DNA of 64,000 nucleotides from an uncultured Candidatus Rokubacteria bacterium (GCA_963708025.1 CAVPSB010000012.1:128001-192000), one strand, 5' to 3'; positions 13,308-26,231 are shown, counted from the stretch's first letter. Numbers and translations are program-made. Notes: generated from the sequence alone by a model not told the origin.

Positions 13308-14612
13308 ATGATCCCCCGGTACACCCGGCCCGAGATGGGCGCGGTCTGGAGCGACGAGGCGAAGTACGCCGGGTGGCTCGCGGTCGAGCTGGCCGTCTGT
13401 GACGCCTACGCGCGGCGCGGCACGATCCCGGCCGAGGCGGTCGCCCGCGTCCGCGCCAAGGCCCGGGTCGACCCGCAGCGGATCGCCGAGATCGAAGCCC
13501 GCGTCCGCCACGACGTCATCGCCTTCCTCAGCGACCTCGAAGCGGCGATCGGCGAGGACTCCCGCTTCGTCCACATCGGGCTCACCTCGTCCGACGTGGT
13601 CGACACCGCGCTCGCCCTCCAGCTCGTCGAGTCGGCCGATCGGCTCCTGGCCGGGCTCGACCGGCTACGGGAGACCCTGGGTCGGCTGGCCCTGCGGCAC
13701 CGGGACACCCTGATGGTCGGCCGCACGCACGGCGTCCACGCCGAGCCGACCACGTTCGGGCTGAAGGTCGCCGGGTGGTGGGCCGAGGCGGGACGCAACC
13801 GCGAGCGACTGGTCCGGGCCCGGGAGACCGTCCGGGTCGGGAAGATCTCGGGGGCGGTCGGGAACTTCGCCCACGTGCCCCCGGAGATCGAGGCCGAGGT
13901 GTGCCGGGCGCTCGGCCTGGAGCCGGCCCCGGTCTCCACGCAGATCGTCCAGCGCGACCGGCACGCCGAGTTCGTGACCACCTGCGCCATCGTGGGCGGC
14001 AGCCTGGAGAAGATCGCCGTCGAGATCCGGAGCCTGCAGCGCACCGAGATCCTCGAACTGGAGGAGCCGTTCGCCGAGGGGCAGAAGGGCTCGTCCGCGA
14101 TGCCGCACAAGAAGAACCCGGTGTCCTGCGAGCAGGTGACCGGGCTGGCCCGCGTCCTCCGCTCCCACGCCGGCGCCGCGCTCGAGGACATCGCGCTCTG
14201 GCACGAGCGCGACATCAGTCACTCGTCGGTCGAGCGCATCATCCTGCCGGACGCGACCATCCTGCTCGACTACCTCCTGGCCCAGATGACGCGGATCCTC
14301 GATGGGCTCACCGTCGATCCCGAGCGGATGCGGGAGAACCTCGACCGCTCCTACGGCCTGGTCTACTCCCAGCGGGTGCTCCTCGCCCTTGCCGAGGCCG
14401 GGCTCCCCCGGCAGGCGGCCTACGAGCTGGTCCAGCGGGCGGCGATGCGGGCCTGGCGCGAGCGGCGCGCCTTCTTCGAGTGTCTGCAGGAGGAGCCCGA
14501 GATCACCCGGCGCCTCACCCCCGAGGCCCTGAAGGCCGCCTTCGATCCGGCCTGGTACCTCCGACACGTGGACACGGTTTTTCGCCGCCTCGGCCTCCTG
14601 GCGGCCGGATGA
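13308..14612 (+). CDS. purB: Adenylosuccinate lyase
   Basis: [28 protein letters not shown]. Confidence 0.97.
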   Translation: MIPRYTRPEMGAVWSDEAKYAGWLAVELAVCDAYARRGTIPAEAVARVRAKARVDPQRIAEIEARVRHDVIAFLSDLEAAIGEDSRFVHIGLTSSDVVDTALALQLVESADRLLAGLDRLRETLGRLALRHRDTLMVGRTHGVHAEPTTFGLKVAGWWAEAGRNRERLVRARETVRVGKISGAVGNFAHVPPEIEAEVCRALGLEPAPVSTQIVQRDRHAEFVTTCAIVGGSLEKIAVEIRSLQRTEILELEEPFAEGQKGSSAMPHKKNPVSCEQVTGLARVLRSHAGAALEDIALWHERDISHSSVERIILPDATILLDYLLAQMTRILDGLTVDPERMRENLDRSYGLVYSQRVLLALAEAGLPRQAAYELVQRAAMRAWRERRAFFECLQEEPEITRRLTPEALKAAFDPAWYLRHVDTVFRRLGLLAAG

Positions 14613-14857
14613 GAGCCCGCATCGTGATCCGGCTGCGGCGGGGGGTGCTCGACCCGCAGGGGACGACCATCCGGAAGGCGCTGGAGAGCCTCGGGTTCCC
14701 CGAGGTGCGCGAGCTGCGGGTCGGCCGGGTGCTGGAGCTGACCCTCGACGCGACGGATCGCGCGCGCGCCCAGGCCCGCCTGGACGAGATGTGCCGGAAG
14801 CTCCTCGCGAATCCGGTGATCGAGGACTACACCGTCGAGCTCGAGGACGCGCCATAG
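14609..14857 (+). CDS. purS: FGAM synthase subunit PurS
   Basis: VLDPQG, MCRKLLANPVIEDY; ATG overlaps purB stop. Confidence 0.95.
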   Translation: MRARIVIRLRRGVLDPQGTTIRKALESLGFPEVRELRVGRVLELTLDATDRARAQARLDEMCRKLLANPVIEDYTVELEDAP

Positions 14858-14885
14858 CGCACGTTGGTCGCCACGTCCGTCGTGC

Positions 14886-14914
14886 TTGTGGATCGGACTC
14901 CCGCATAGTAGAAT
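14886..14914 (+). promoter_or_regulatory. Possible internal sigma70 promoter before purQ
   Basis: TTGTGG-N17-TAGAAT. Confidence 0.35.
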
Positions 14915-14975
14915 CGCCTCGGAGTCCTGGCGAAGGAGGCGAGAGCGCGCGAGAACCCCTGAGGGAGGAGGGTGC

Positions 14976-15692
14976 ATGAGGTTCGGCGTCGTCATCTTTC
15001 CGGGCACGTGGAGCGACATGGACTTCCACCATGTCATCTCCGAGGTTCTCCACCAGCCGGTCGAGTACCTGTGGCACCGGGACACCGATCTCTCCCGCTA
15101 CGACTGTCTCATCCTGCCCGGCGGCTTCTCCTACGGCGATTACCTTCGCGCCGGTGCCATCGCCGGCCGGTCACCGGTCGTGGCCGCGATCCCCGGCTTC
15201 GTCGCCCGCGGCGGCCTCGTCCTCGGGAGCTGCAACGGATTCCAGATTCTCTGCGAGGCGGGGCTGCTTCCCGGCACGCTCCTCCGGAACGAGTGCCTCC
15301 AGTTCCGGTGCCAGTCCACGTACCTGGTCGTCGAGCAGACCGACACCCCCTTCACGCGCGGACTCCGGCGGGGCCAGGTGCTGAAGATGCCCATCTCGCA
15401 CGGCGAGGGGCGCTATCACGCGAACCCGGCCCTCCTCCAGCAGCTCAAGGATCGCAACCAGATCGTCTTCCGCTATGCGACCGAGAGCGGTGAGGTGATC
15501 AAGACCGCGAATCCGAACGGCTCGCTCTTCAACATCGCCGGCGTCTGCAACGAGGACGGGACGGTGGTGGGGCTCATGCCGCATCCCGAGCGCGCGGCGG
15601 AGGCGAGCGTCGGGGGCAGCACCGACGGGCTTCAGCTCTTCCACTCGCTTCTCGGGAGCCTGGTCGAGAACGGGTCCGTCCTCGGTCGCTGA
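14976..15692 (+). CDS. purQ: FGAM synthase glutaminase subunit PurQ
   Basis: [44 protein letters not shown]. Confidence 0.97.
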   Translation: MRFGVVIFPGTWSDMDFHHVISEVLHQPVEYLWHRDTDLSRYDCLILPGGFSYGDYLRAGAIAGRSPVVAAIPGFVARGGLVLGSCNGFQILCEAGLLPGTLLRNECLQFRCQSTYLVVEQTDTPFTRGLRRGQVLKMPISHGEGRYHANPALLQQLKDRNQIVFRYATESGEVIKTANPNGSLFNIAGVCNEDGTVVGLMPHPERAAEASVGGSTDGLQLFHSLLGSLVENGSVLGR

Positions 15693-15718
15693 CCCGGGGA
15701 CGCCGGAGGGGTAAGGCC

Positions 15719-17976
<2,258 letters not shown>

Positions 17977-17980
<4 letters not shown>

Positions 17981-19551
17981 GCACCGAGCGGCAGCAAGAG
18001 CAAAACGAGATGGCGGCAGAGGCGGGTGCCCGAAACCCCCAGGTGGGGGGGTCTAGGGGGGGACCACCGGAAGGGCGGGACGGACGCGAGGCCGCAGGCC
18101 GAGCGCGTCCCGGCGATCGGACGGTTGGGACTCCCCCCCTAACGGACGATCACGACGACAAGTTCCACGACGAGTGCGGTCTCTTCGGGGTGTTCAACCA
18201 CCCCGAGGCGGCGAACCTCGCCTACCTCGGGCTCTACGCCCTGCAGCACCGCGGCCAGGAGTCGGCCGGCATCGCGGCCAGTGACGGCACCGGCCTCCAC
18301 GTCGAGAAGGCGATGGGGTGGGTCTCGGACGTCTTCGGCCCCGAGCGGCTCAAGCGCCTGCAGGGGCGGCTGGCCATCGGCCACGTCCGCTACTCGACGG
18401 CGGGCTCCTCGACCCTGCGGAACGCTCAGCCGATCAGCGCGACGTTCGCGCGGGGACCCGTCGCGCTCGCGCACAACGGCAACCTGGTGAATGCCGATAC
18501 CCTGCGCCGGGAGCTGGAGGCGGCCGGCGCCATCTTCCAGTCCACCTCGGACTCGGAGGTGATCCTCCACCTTCTGGCCCGGGCCGACCGGCTGCCGCTG
18601 CCGCGGGTCCTGCCTCACGCGCTGGCCCAGGTCAGCGGCGCCTACTCGCTGCTGATGCTGACCCCCGAGGCGCTGGTCGGCTGCCGCGATCCCCATGGCT
18701 TCCGGCCCCTCGTCATCGGCCGGCTGGGGGAGACGTGGCTGCTGGCCTCCGAGACGTGCGCCCTCGATCTCCTGGAGGCGGAGTTCGTCCGCGACGTGGA
18801 GCCGGGCGAGATCGTCGTCATCGATCGGAACGGGCTCCACTCGACGAAGCCGTTCCCGGCCAAGCGGCAGCTCCAGTGCGTGTTCGAGTACGTCTACTTC
18901 GCCCGGCCGGACACGACGCTATGGGGCCAGAACGTCTACCACGTCCGGAAGGCGATGGGACACCGGCTGGCCGAGGAGCACCCGGCCGAGGCCGACATCG
19001 TGGTGCCGGTGCCGGACTCGGGGGTGGGGGCGGCCCTCGGCTACGCCGAGCGCTCGGGCATCCCGTTCGAGCTGGGCCTGATCCGCAACCACTACGTCGG
19101 GCGGACCTTCATCGAGCCCCGCCAGGGCATCCGGCACTTCGGCGTCCGGGTGAAGCTGAACCCGATGCGGGAGACGCTGGACGGCCGGCGCGTGGTGGTC
19201 GTCGACGACTCGATCGTCCGGGGGACGACGAGCCGGAAGATCGTCAAGATGATCCGCTCGGCCGGCGCCCGCGAGGTCCACCTCCGGATCTCCTCCCCGC
19301 CGATCCAGTGGCCCTGCTACTACGGGATCGACACCCCGACCCGCAAGCAGCTCATCGCCTCCAGCCACAAGGTCGAGGAGATCCGCCGCTACCTGGAGGC
19401 GGATTCGCTCGGCTACCTCTCGCTCGACGGCATGCTGAAGGCGGTCGGTGGGGACGAGACCCGCTTCTGCCACGCCTGCTTCACCGGCGAGTACAAGGTC
19501 GGGTTTCCGCAGGAGGATACGGCCCAGCTCGCCCTGTTCGATCGAGGGTGA
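17977..19551 (+). CDS. purF: Amidophosphoribosyltransferase with extended propeptide
   Basis: [34 protein letters not shown] overlaps purL stop. Confidence 0.96.
18020..18141. repeat. Family-3 palindromic element, in frame within the purF 5' end
   Basis: Perfect TAGGGGGGGA/TCCCCCCCTA inverted repeat; shares GGCGGGTGCCCG and GGCCGCAGGC with 28091-28204. Confidence 0.65.
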
Positions 19552-19553
19552 CG

Positions 19554-20177
19554 ATGCCCGTCCCGCCCCTTCGCCTCGGCGTCCTGGCCTCGGGCCGCGG
19601 GTCGAACCTGCAGGCTATCATCGACGCCATCGACGCCGGCCGCTGTCCGGCGCGGGTCGCCGTCGTCGTGAGCAACCGCAAGGAAGCCGGGGCTCTCGAC
19701 CGGGCTCGGCGGGCCGGCCTCCCGGCGGTCCACGTCGATCCGCTGAGCCATCCCGACCGGTCGGCCTTCGACGAGGCCGTCACCGCCGTCCTGGCCGAGC
19801 ACGGGGTCGAGTTGGTCTGCCTGGCCGGCTACATGCGCCTCCTCTCGACGGAGTTCATCGCCGCCTGGCGGAACCGGATCCTGAACGTGCACCCGGCGCT
19901 CCTGCCTGCGTTTCCCGGACTCCACGCCCAGCGGCAGGCGCTCGACCACGGGGCCAGGGTGAGCGGGGCCACCATCCACTTGGTGGACGAGGGGGTGGAC
20001 ACCGGCCCCATCGTGTTGCAGGCGGCCGTCGCGGTCGGGGAGGACGACACCGAGGCCACGCTGGCGGCCCGGATCCTCGTCGAGGAGCACCGCCTCTATC
20101 CGGAGGCGATCCGGCTCTACGCCGAAGGCCGGCTCGCGATCGAGGGGCGGCGGGTTCGCATCCGGATGGACCGGTGA
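19554..20177 (+). CDS. purN: GAR formyltransferase
   Basis: VLASGRGSNLQAI, LAGYMRLL, NVHPALLPAFPG, DEGVDTGPI. Confidence 0.97.
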   Translation: MPVPPLRLGVLASGRGSNLQAIIDAIDAGRCPARVAVVVSNRKEAGALDRARRAGLPAVHVDPLSHPDRSAFDEAVTAVLAEHGVELVCLAGYMRLLSTEFIAAWRNRILNVHPALLPAFPGLHAQRQALDHGARVSGATIHLVDEGVDTGPIVLQAAVAVGEDDTEATLAARILVEEHRLYPEAIRLYAEGRLAIEGRRVRIRMDR

Positions 20178-21760
20178 GCGTGGTCCGCCGGGCCCTCATC
20201 TCGGTGGCCGACAAGACCGGGGCGGTGGAGTTCGCGCGCGGCCTCGTGGCCCTCGGCGTCGAGCTGGTCTCGACCGGCGGCACCGCTCGCGCCCTCACCG
20301 AGGCCGGGCTCCGGGTCCGGGAGGTCGCCGAGCTGACCGGCTTTCCCGAGATGCTGGACGGCCGGGTCAAGACCCTCCACCCGGCAATCCACGGCGGCCT
20401 CCTGGCCCGCCGCGGCCAGCCCGAGCACATGCGCCAGCTCGCCCTCCACGGGATCGAGCCCATCGACCTGGTGGCGGTCAACCTCTACCCGTTCGAGCAG
20501 ACGGTGGCGAAGCCGGCGGCGGCCTTCGAGGAGATTCTCGAGAACATCGACGTCGGGGGGCCGGCCATGATCCGGGCCGCCGCCAAGAACCACGCGGGGG
20601 TGGCGGTCCTGGTGGACCCGGGCCAGTACGGGCCGGTGCTCGAGGAGCTCCGGCGGAGCGGCGGCGAGCTGTCCGCGCAGACCCGGAGCCGCCTGGCCCA
20701 GGAGGCGTTCCGCCGGACGGCCCAGTACGACGCGGCGATCGCGGCCTGGCTCCGGACGCCGGCGGCGCCCCGGACCCCGGCCGCGGAGACGCCGCCCCTG
20801 TTTCCCCCGGTCCTCCGGCTGGAGGCCGAGCGCGTGCTGTCCCTGCGGTACGGCGAGAACCCGCACCAGCAGGCGGCGCTGTACCGGCCCCTGGGCCCGG
20901 CCCTCGGGGTCGGCGCCGCCCGCCAGCTCCACGGGCCCGAGCTGTCGTACAACAACCTGCTGGACCTGTCGGCGGCGCTCGGCCTCCTGCTCGAGTTCGA
21001 GGAGCCGGCGGCCGTGGTCGTCAAGCACACGAACCCCTGCGGGGCCGCGGTGGCCGCCGACGTCGTCGCCGCCTTCGAGCGGGCCCGAGCGTCCGACCCG
21101 GTCTCGATCTACGGCGGGATCGTCGGGGTGAACCGGCCGGTCGACCTGCCGCTCCTGCCGGCCCTGGGCGGGATCCTCCTCGAGATCCTGTTCGCGCCCG
21201 GCGTGACCGGGGCCGCGCTGGAGGAGCTCCGCCGGACGAAGAAGAAGCTCCGCGTGATCGAGCTGCCGTGCGATCGCCGGGGGTGGCCGCCCCGTCCGAC
21301 CGAGGTGCGCGGCATCCTTGGCGCACTCCTGGTCCAGGAGCTGGATCTCGCCGACCTCGAGGCGTCGGCCTGCAAGGTGGTCAGCCGACGGGAGCCGACG
21401 GCGGCCGAGTGGCAGGCGCTCCGCTTCGCCTGGCGGGTGGCCAAGCACGTCAAGTCCAACGCGATCGTGCTGGCGTCGAGCGACCAGGTGCTCGGGGTCG
21501 GCGCCGGCCAGATGAGCCGGGTGGACGCGGCCCGCCTGGCGGTGCTGCGCGCCCGGGAGCACGGGCACGCGACCGCGGGCGCCGTCGCGGCGTCCGATGC
21601 CTTCTTCCCCTTCCGTGACGGGCTGGACGTGGTGGCCGAAGCCGGTGCCACCGCGGTCATCCACCCGGGCGGCTCCATCCGGGATGACGAGGTGATCGCG
21701 GCTGCCGACGCTCATGGCATGGCGATGGTGCTGACGGGCATCCGCCACTTCAAGCATTAG
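20174..21760 (+). CDS. purH: Bifunctional AICAR formyltransferase/IMP cyclohydrolase
   Basis: GRVKTLHP, LRYGENPHQ, KHTNPCG, ASDAFFPF, RHFKH. Confidence 0.97.
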   Translation: MSVVRRALISVADKTGAVEFARGLVALGVELVSTGGTARALTEAGLRVREVAELTGFPEMLDGRVKTLHPAIHGGLLARRGQPEHMRQLALHGIEPIDLVAVNLYPFEQTVAKPAAAFEEILENIDVGGPAMIRAAAKNHAGVAVLVDPGQYGPVLEELRRSGGELSAQTRSRLAQEAFRRTAQYDAAIAAWLRTPAAPRTPAAETPPLFPPVLRLEAERVLSLRYGENPHQQAALYRPLGPALGVGAARQLHGPELSYNNLLDLSAALGLLLEFEEPAAVVVKHTNPCGAAVAADVVAAFERARASDPVSIYGGIVGVNRPVDLPLLPALGGILLEILFAPGVTGAALEELRRTKKKLRVIELPCDRRGWPPRPTEVRGILGALLVQELDLADLEASACKVVSRREPTAAEWQALRFAWRVAKHVKSNAIVLASSDQVLGVGAGQMSRVDAARLAVLRAREHGHATAGAVAASDAFFPFRDGLDVVAEAGATAVIHPGGSIRDDEVIAAADAHGMAMVLTGIRHFKH

Positions 21761-21961
21761 CGGGCGGGGCCGATGAGCGTCGCATCGCGTCGTCGTTCGG
21801 ACGGCCTTCGGCCTTTGGGGTCGTCGCCGATCCTCGGCGTACTCGGAGTACGCCTGCGGTCGGCGACTCCCTGCGTCCTTCGGACGGCCTTCGGCCTGTG
21901 GGCGCTGCTCGCTCCTCGGCCCCGCCCCCGGGAGCTTGGCTCATCGGCCACGACTTCGGCG
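21761..21961 (+). repeat. Family-1 palindromic repeat, full-length copy with 3' tail
   Basis: Starts directly after purH TAG; near-identical to the other copies. Confidence 0.92.
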
Positions 21962-21984
21962 TATCTCCTGGGGGAGGCTCACTG

Positions 21985-22320
21985 ATGGCAGGGCTGCAGC
22001 CGTTGTTCCGGTGGGACGGAAAGTACTGGGGGTTCGTGGCAGACGGCGCGCTCTACGACCGCCACGGGCGCCAGGTCGGCTGGCTCGACGGCGCCGATGT
22101 CTACCAGCTGAACGGCCGCTTCATGGGCGAGCTGCGCGAGGGCCGGCACGTCCTGCGCGATCTCCTGCGCGCCGAGCCGATCCACCGGGCGCCGCGGGCG
22201 GTGGTCCCGCACCCGACGCCGCCGACCCCGGCCCCCGATCGCCAGGCCCGCGAGCTGATGGAAGACTGGCGGGACGCGCTGCCGTGGCCGCTGCCGCCCC
22301 CGGTGCCGCCGCGGGTCTGA
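21985..22320 (+). CDS. Hypothetical protein, possible 4-fold beta-flower repeat domain
   Basis: Three repeats of the type (L/V)(F/Y)..xG+..G(F/W/E); GGGGAGG RBS. Confidence 0.6.
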   Translation: MAGLQPLFRWDGKYWGFVADGALYDRHGRQVGWLDGADVYQLNGRFMGELREGRHVLRDLLRAEPIHRAPRAVVPHPTPPTPAPDRQARELMEDWRDALPWPLPPPVPPRV

Positions 22321-22348
22321 TCCGCTGACTTCCGTCCTGGACCGACTG

Positions 22349-22762
22349 GTGCTCGTCGGCGCCGGGCTCGGGCTGGCGCTCACCCTCGCGCTTCATCTGG
22401 GCACCCTCGCCGCCGCCGGCCCCCCGGCCGCTCCGTGGTCCTGGCTGATCCACGGCGGAGCCATCGGCGGCTGCTGGTGGGTGGCGGCGCGGATCCGAGC
22501 GGCAGGGTTCCGTGGCGTCGGCGGCTTGCTCCGCATCCGGAAGATGGTGCCGATCCCGCTCCGGCTCGCGCTGGCGGCGGCCACGCTGAACGTGCTGGTG
22601 ACGGCGGGTCTCACCGCCACCGGCCGCGGCCTCCCCGGCCGCGCCCTGACCGCCTACTGGCTGATGATGTATCTCCTCGTCTCGATCCTTGCCACCTGGG
22701 TCGTGGTCCGGCTCCGGGCGGCCGAGCCGCGGGCGGCCGGGCGGGCAGGCACCGCCCGCTGA
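22349..22762 (+). CDS. Hypothetical membrane protein (about 4 TM)
   Basis: Hydrophobic segments; start uncertain. Confidence 0.55.
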   Translation: MLVGAGLGLALTLALHLGTLAAAGPPAAPWSWLIHGGAIGGCWWVAARIRAAGFRGVGGLLRIRKMVPIPLRLALAAATLNVLVTAGLTATGRGLPGRALTAYWLMMYLLVSILATWVVVRLRAAEPRAAGRAGTAR

Positions 22763-22764
22763 AT

Positions 22765-22793
22765 TTGCGACAGGCGCACCCGGTTGCTATGAT
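22765..22793 (+). promoter_or_regulatory. Candidate sigma70 promoter of ku
   Basis: TTGCGA-N17-TATGAT with TG extended -10. Confidence 0.55.
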
Positions 22794-22848
22794 GAGGCCC
22801 TGTCCGCGTCGCGGTCGGGCCTGATCCTTCCGTTCCGAGGAGGCGCGC

Positions 22849-23712
22849 ATGGCGTCCGTGTTGGCAGGGGTCATCACCTTCGGGCTGGTGTCGATCCCCG
22901 TGAAGCTGTACGTCGCGGCCCGCCCCGAGACGGTGTCGTTCAACCAGCTCCACTCCGTCTGTCACTCCCGCCTCCGGCAGAAGCTCTACTGTCCGACCTG
23001 CGAGCGGGACGTCGAGCGCTCGGAGATCGTCAAGGGCTACAAGCAGGGTGACGACTACGTCATCATGGACGACGCCGACTTCGAGGCGGGCGAGCGCGAG
23101 TCCTCCCGGGCCCTGGAGGTGCTGGAGTTCGTGGATGCCGAGAGCGTGGATCCCGTCTACCTCGAGCGGTCCTACTACCTGGCGCCCCAGGAGGGGAGCG
23201 AGCGGGCGTACCACGTGCTGCTCAGCGCCCTCGCCGAGGCCCGGAAGGCGGCCGTGGTCCGCTTCGTGATGGGGACGCGCGAGTACCACGCGCTGGTCCG
23301 CGCGGGCGACGGGAAGCTCGTCCTCCACACGCTCTACTACGCGGACGAGGTCCGCGAGCTGGAGGCGCGCTGGAAGCCGGTCAAGCCGTCGCCCCAGGAG
23401 GTCGAGCTCGGCATCAAGCTGGTGGAGGCGCTCGCCCAGGACTTCGATCCCACCAAGTACCACGACGAGCACCGCACCAAGCTGATGGAGCTGATCCAGG
23501 CCAAGGCCGAGGGCCGGTCGGTCGCGGCCCCCGCCGAGCGGCGCGAGCCGGCGAAGGTCGTGAACCTGATGGAGGCGCTCCGGCAGTCCGTCGAGCAGGT
23601 GAAGAAGCCCCTGGCGAAAGCCGAGACGACGCCGCGGACGGCCGCGGCCGCGAAGCCCAAGCGGGCCGCGGTCGCCAACGCCGGCCCCGCCCGAAAGGTG
23701 GCCCGGAAGTAG
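22849..23712 (+). CDS. ku: Non-homologous end joining protein Ku
   Basis: ITFGLVSIPVKLY, FNQLH, IVKGY, Y.ERSYYLAP, VVNLMEALRQS, basic C-terminal tail. Confidence 0.95.
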   Translation: MASVLAGVITFGLVSIPVKLYVAARPETVSFNQLHSVCHSRLRQKLYCPTCERDVERSEIVKGYKQGDDYVIMDDADFEAGERESSRALEVLEFVDAESVDPVYLERSYYLAPQEGSERAYHVLLSALAEARKAAVVRFVMGTREYHALVRAGDGKLVLHTLYYADEVRELEARWKPVKPSPQEVELGIKLVEALAQDFDPTKYHDEHRTKLMELIQAKAEGRSVAAPAERREPAKVVNLMEALRQSVEQVKKPLAKAETTPRTAAAAKPKRAAVANAGPARKVARK

Positions 23713-23729
23713 CGCGCGACGGGCGCGCG

Positions 23730-24620
23730 GTGGACTCGGAGGTTCCCGTGTGGGTCTTCACGGACCGGGAGGTGAGCCGCCTCCTGGCCCTGACGCCGCG
23801 CCGGGCCGGCCAGCTCCGGCGGCTCGGTCTCCTGCACCCGGTGGATCGGCCCGGCTCGTACAGCTTCCGCGAGGTGGTCAGCCTCCGGGTGGCCCGAACG
23901 CTTCTCGAGCAAGGGCTCACGGTGCGCCAGGTCGCCAAGGCCCTGGCCGCCCTCAAGCGGCTTCTTCCCGAGTCCGAAGCGCCCCTCGCCGAGCTGCGGG
24001 TCGCCGTCCGCGGCGGGGAGGTGTTCATCGAGAAGGACTCGCAGCTCCTGGAGCCCTCGGGACAGGTCGTGATGGAGTTCTCGGGCAAGGAGCTGGCGGA
24101 GGAGGTCCGGGACAACGCGCTCCGCGGCCTCGTCCGGCCCATCGCCCGGCCAGAGAACGAGGCCCAGCGCTGGTTCGAGCTGGCCTCCCAGTGGGACGGG
24201 GAACCGGCCGAGTGGGAGCGGGCGATCGACGCCTACCAGCGCGTGACCACGCTCGATCCGCAGCACGGCGCGGCGTGGAACAACCTCGGGCTGCTGCACC
24301 ACCGGCTCGGCCGCTACGAGGACGCCCGCCGCCACTACGAGGTGGCGCTTGCCGCCGACCCGACCTGCGCCGAGGCGGCCTACAACCTAGGCTCGCTGCA
24401 GGACGACCTCGCCGACCTGAGCCAGGCGCTGGTCTGGTACCGGCGGGCCCTCGAGATCCGTCTCGACTACGCCGACGCCCACTTCAACCTGGCCTCGGCC
24501 CTCGAGCGCCGCGGCGACCTGGCGACCGCCCGCCACCACTGGCTCCGCTACGTGGAGCTGGATCCGGACAGCCGCTGGGCGGAGATTGCCAGGGCCCGCG
24601 CCGAGGGCCGCCCCGACTAG
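23730..24620 (+). CDS. MerR-like HTH plus TPR repeat protein
   Basis: N-terminal FTDREVSRLL...YSFREVVSLR..R.L MerR-like pattern; C-terminal TPRs (AWNNLG, AAYNLG, AHFNLA). Confidence 0.82.
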   Translation: MDSEVPVWVFTDREVSRLLALTPRRAGQLRRLGLLHPVDRPGSYSFREVVSLRVARTLLEQGLTVRQVAKALAALKRLLPESEAPLAELRVAVRGGEVFIEKDSQLLEPSGQVVMEFSGKELAEEVRDNALRGLVRPIARPENEAQRWFELASQWDGEPAEWERAIDAYQRVTTLDPQHGAAWNNLGLLHHRLGRYEDARRHYEVALAADPTCAEAAYNLGSLQDDLADLSQALVWYRRALEIRLDYADAHFNLASALERRGDLATARHHWLRYVELDPDSRWAEIARARAEGRPD

Positions 24621-24790
24621 GGGGGCAGGGCCGATGAGCTTCGCATCGCGTCGTCGTTCGGACGGCCTTCGGCCTGCGGGGTCGTCCCCGATCCTCGGCG
24701 TATGCGGCATACGCCTGCGGTCGGGGACTCCCTGCGTCGGTTGGACGGCCTTCGGCCTGTGGGCGCTGCTCGCTCCTCGGCCCTGCCCCC
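24621..24790 (+). repeat. Family-1 palindromic repeat, variant full-length copy
   Basis: Follows TAG; carries compensatory substitutions relative to other copies. Confidence 0.9.
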
Positions 24791-24816
24791 GCGCTCTGGT
24801 CCCCTCCGCCAGGATC

Positions 24817-24892
24817 GGGCAGGGCCGATGAGCTTCGCATCGCGTCGTCGATTGGACGGTCTTCGGCCTTGGCGCTCGCTCCTCGGCCCCGC
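24817..24892 (+). repeat. Family-1 palindromic repeat, short copy
   Basis: GGGCCGATGAGCTTCGCATCGCGTCGTCG...GCTCCTCGGCCCCGC. Confidence 0.82.
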
Positions 24893-24944
24893 TTCGGAGC
24901 GCGTCACTCCTTCGCCGTGACGTTGGCGTTTCGAGAGACCTAGA

Positions 24945-26231
24945 ATGCGAGTGCTGGTGGTCGGGGGTGGCGGGCGCGAGCACGCGCTCGCCTGGAAGCT
25001 CGCCCGGAGCCCGGAGCTCTCGACGCTGTTCGTGGCGCCGGGCAACCCCGGAATCGCCGCCGTCGCCCGCTGCGTGGCCATCAAGCCGGAGGCGGTCGCG
25101 GACCTCGCTGCCTTCGCCCTCCGCGAGCGGATCGATCTCACCGTCGTGGGCCCCGAGCTGCCGCTCACGCTCGGGCTCGCCGATCACTTCGCCGATCGGG
25201 GCCTGGCCGTCTTCGGCCCCACCCGGGCCGCCGCGGAGCTGGAAGGCTCCAAGGTCTTTGCCAAGCAGCTCTTCGCCCGCTACGGAATTCCGACCGCCCG
25301 CTTCGGCGCGTTCGATGACCCCGCGAGGGCCCGCGAGTTCGCCCGCGGCCTCGGCGGGCGGGTCGTCGTCAAGGCCGACGGCCTGGCCGCCGGGAAGGGC
25401 GCCGTCGTCTGCCGGGACCTGGCGGCCGCGGAGCGGGCGATCGGCGACATGCTGGAGCGCCGCCTCTTCGGTGACGCGGGCGCGCGCGTGGTGGTGGAGG
25501 AGTGGCTGGAAGGGGAGGAGCTGTCCTTCTTTGCCCTGACCGACGGCGAGCAAGTCTGTCCGCTGGCAGCGGCCCAGGACCACAAGACGGTCTTCGACGA
25601 CGACGAGGGGCCGAACACGGGCGGGATGGGCGCCTACTCCCCGGCCCCGGTCGTCGACGACGCCCTCGCCCGGCGGATCGTGCAGACCGTGATCCGGCCC
25701 ACGGTGCGGGCCATGGCGGCGGAAGGCCGCCCCTACCGTGGCGTCCTCTACGCCGGCATCATGCTGACCGCCGACGGGCCACAGCTCCTCGAGTACAACG
25801 TTCGCTTCGGCGATCCCGAGTGCCAGCCCCTCGTGCTCCGGCTCGCCGGGGACCTGCTGCCGCTCTGCCGGGCCGTGGCCGAGGGGAAGGGGCTGCCCGA
25901 GTCCCTTCCCTGGCGCTCGGAGGCGGCCGTCTGCGTGGTGCTGGCCTCGGGCGGCTATCCGGGGACGTACACCACGGGGCACCCGATCGCGGGCGTGGAG
26001 GCGGCCGCCGCCCGCCCCGGCGTGACCGTCTTCCACGCCGGGACGGCGGAGCGCGACGGCCGCCTGGTCACCGCGGGCGGCCGGGTGCTCGGCGTGACCG
26101 CGCTCGGCGCCGACATCCCGGCGGCGATCGCCGCCGCCTACCGGGCCGTCTCCGACATTCACTTCGAAGGGATGCACTATCGACGGGACATCGGACGTCG
26201 AGCGCTGCGCCGACTGGGGAGGGGTGCATGA
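24945..26231 (+). CDS. purD: Phosphoribosylamine-glycine ligase
   Basis: GGGGREHAL, KADGLAAGKG, GPNTGGMGAYSP, EYNVRFGDPE. Confidence 0.97.
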   Translation: MRVLVVGGGGREHALAWKLARSPELSTLFVAPGNPGIAAVARCVAIKPEAVADLAAFALRERIDLTVVGPELPLTLGLADHFADRGLAVFGPTRAAAELEGSKVFAKQLFARYGIPTARFGAFDDPARAREFARGLGGRVVVKADGLAAGKGAVVCRDLAAAERAIGDMLERRLFGDAGARVVVEEWLEGEELSFFALTDGEQVCPLAAAQDHKTVFDDDEGPNTGGMGAYSPAPVVDDALARRIVQTVIRPTVRAMAAEGRPYRGVLYAGIMLTADGPQLLEYNVRFGDPECQPLVLRLAGDLLPLCRAVAEGKGLPESLPWRSEAAVCVVLASGGYPGTYTTGHPIAGVEAAAARPGVTVFHAGTAERDGRLVTAGGRVLGVTALGADIPAAIAAAYRAVSDIHFEGMHYRRDIGRRALRRLGRGA

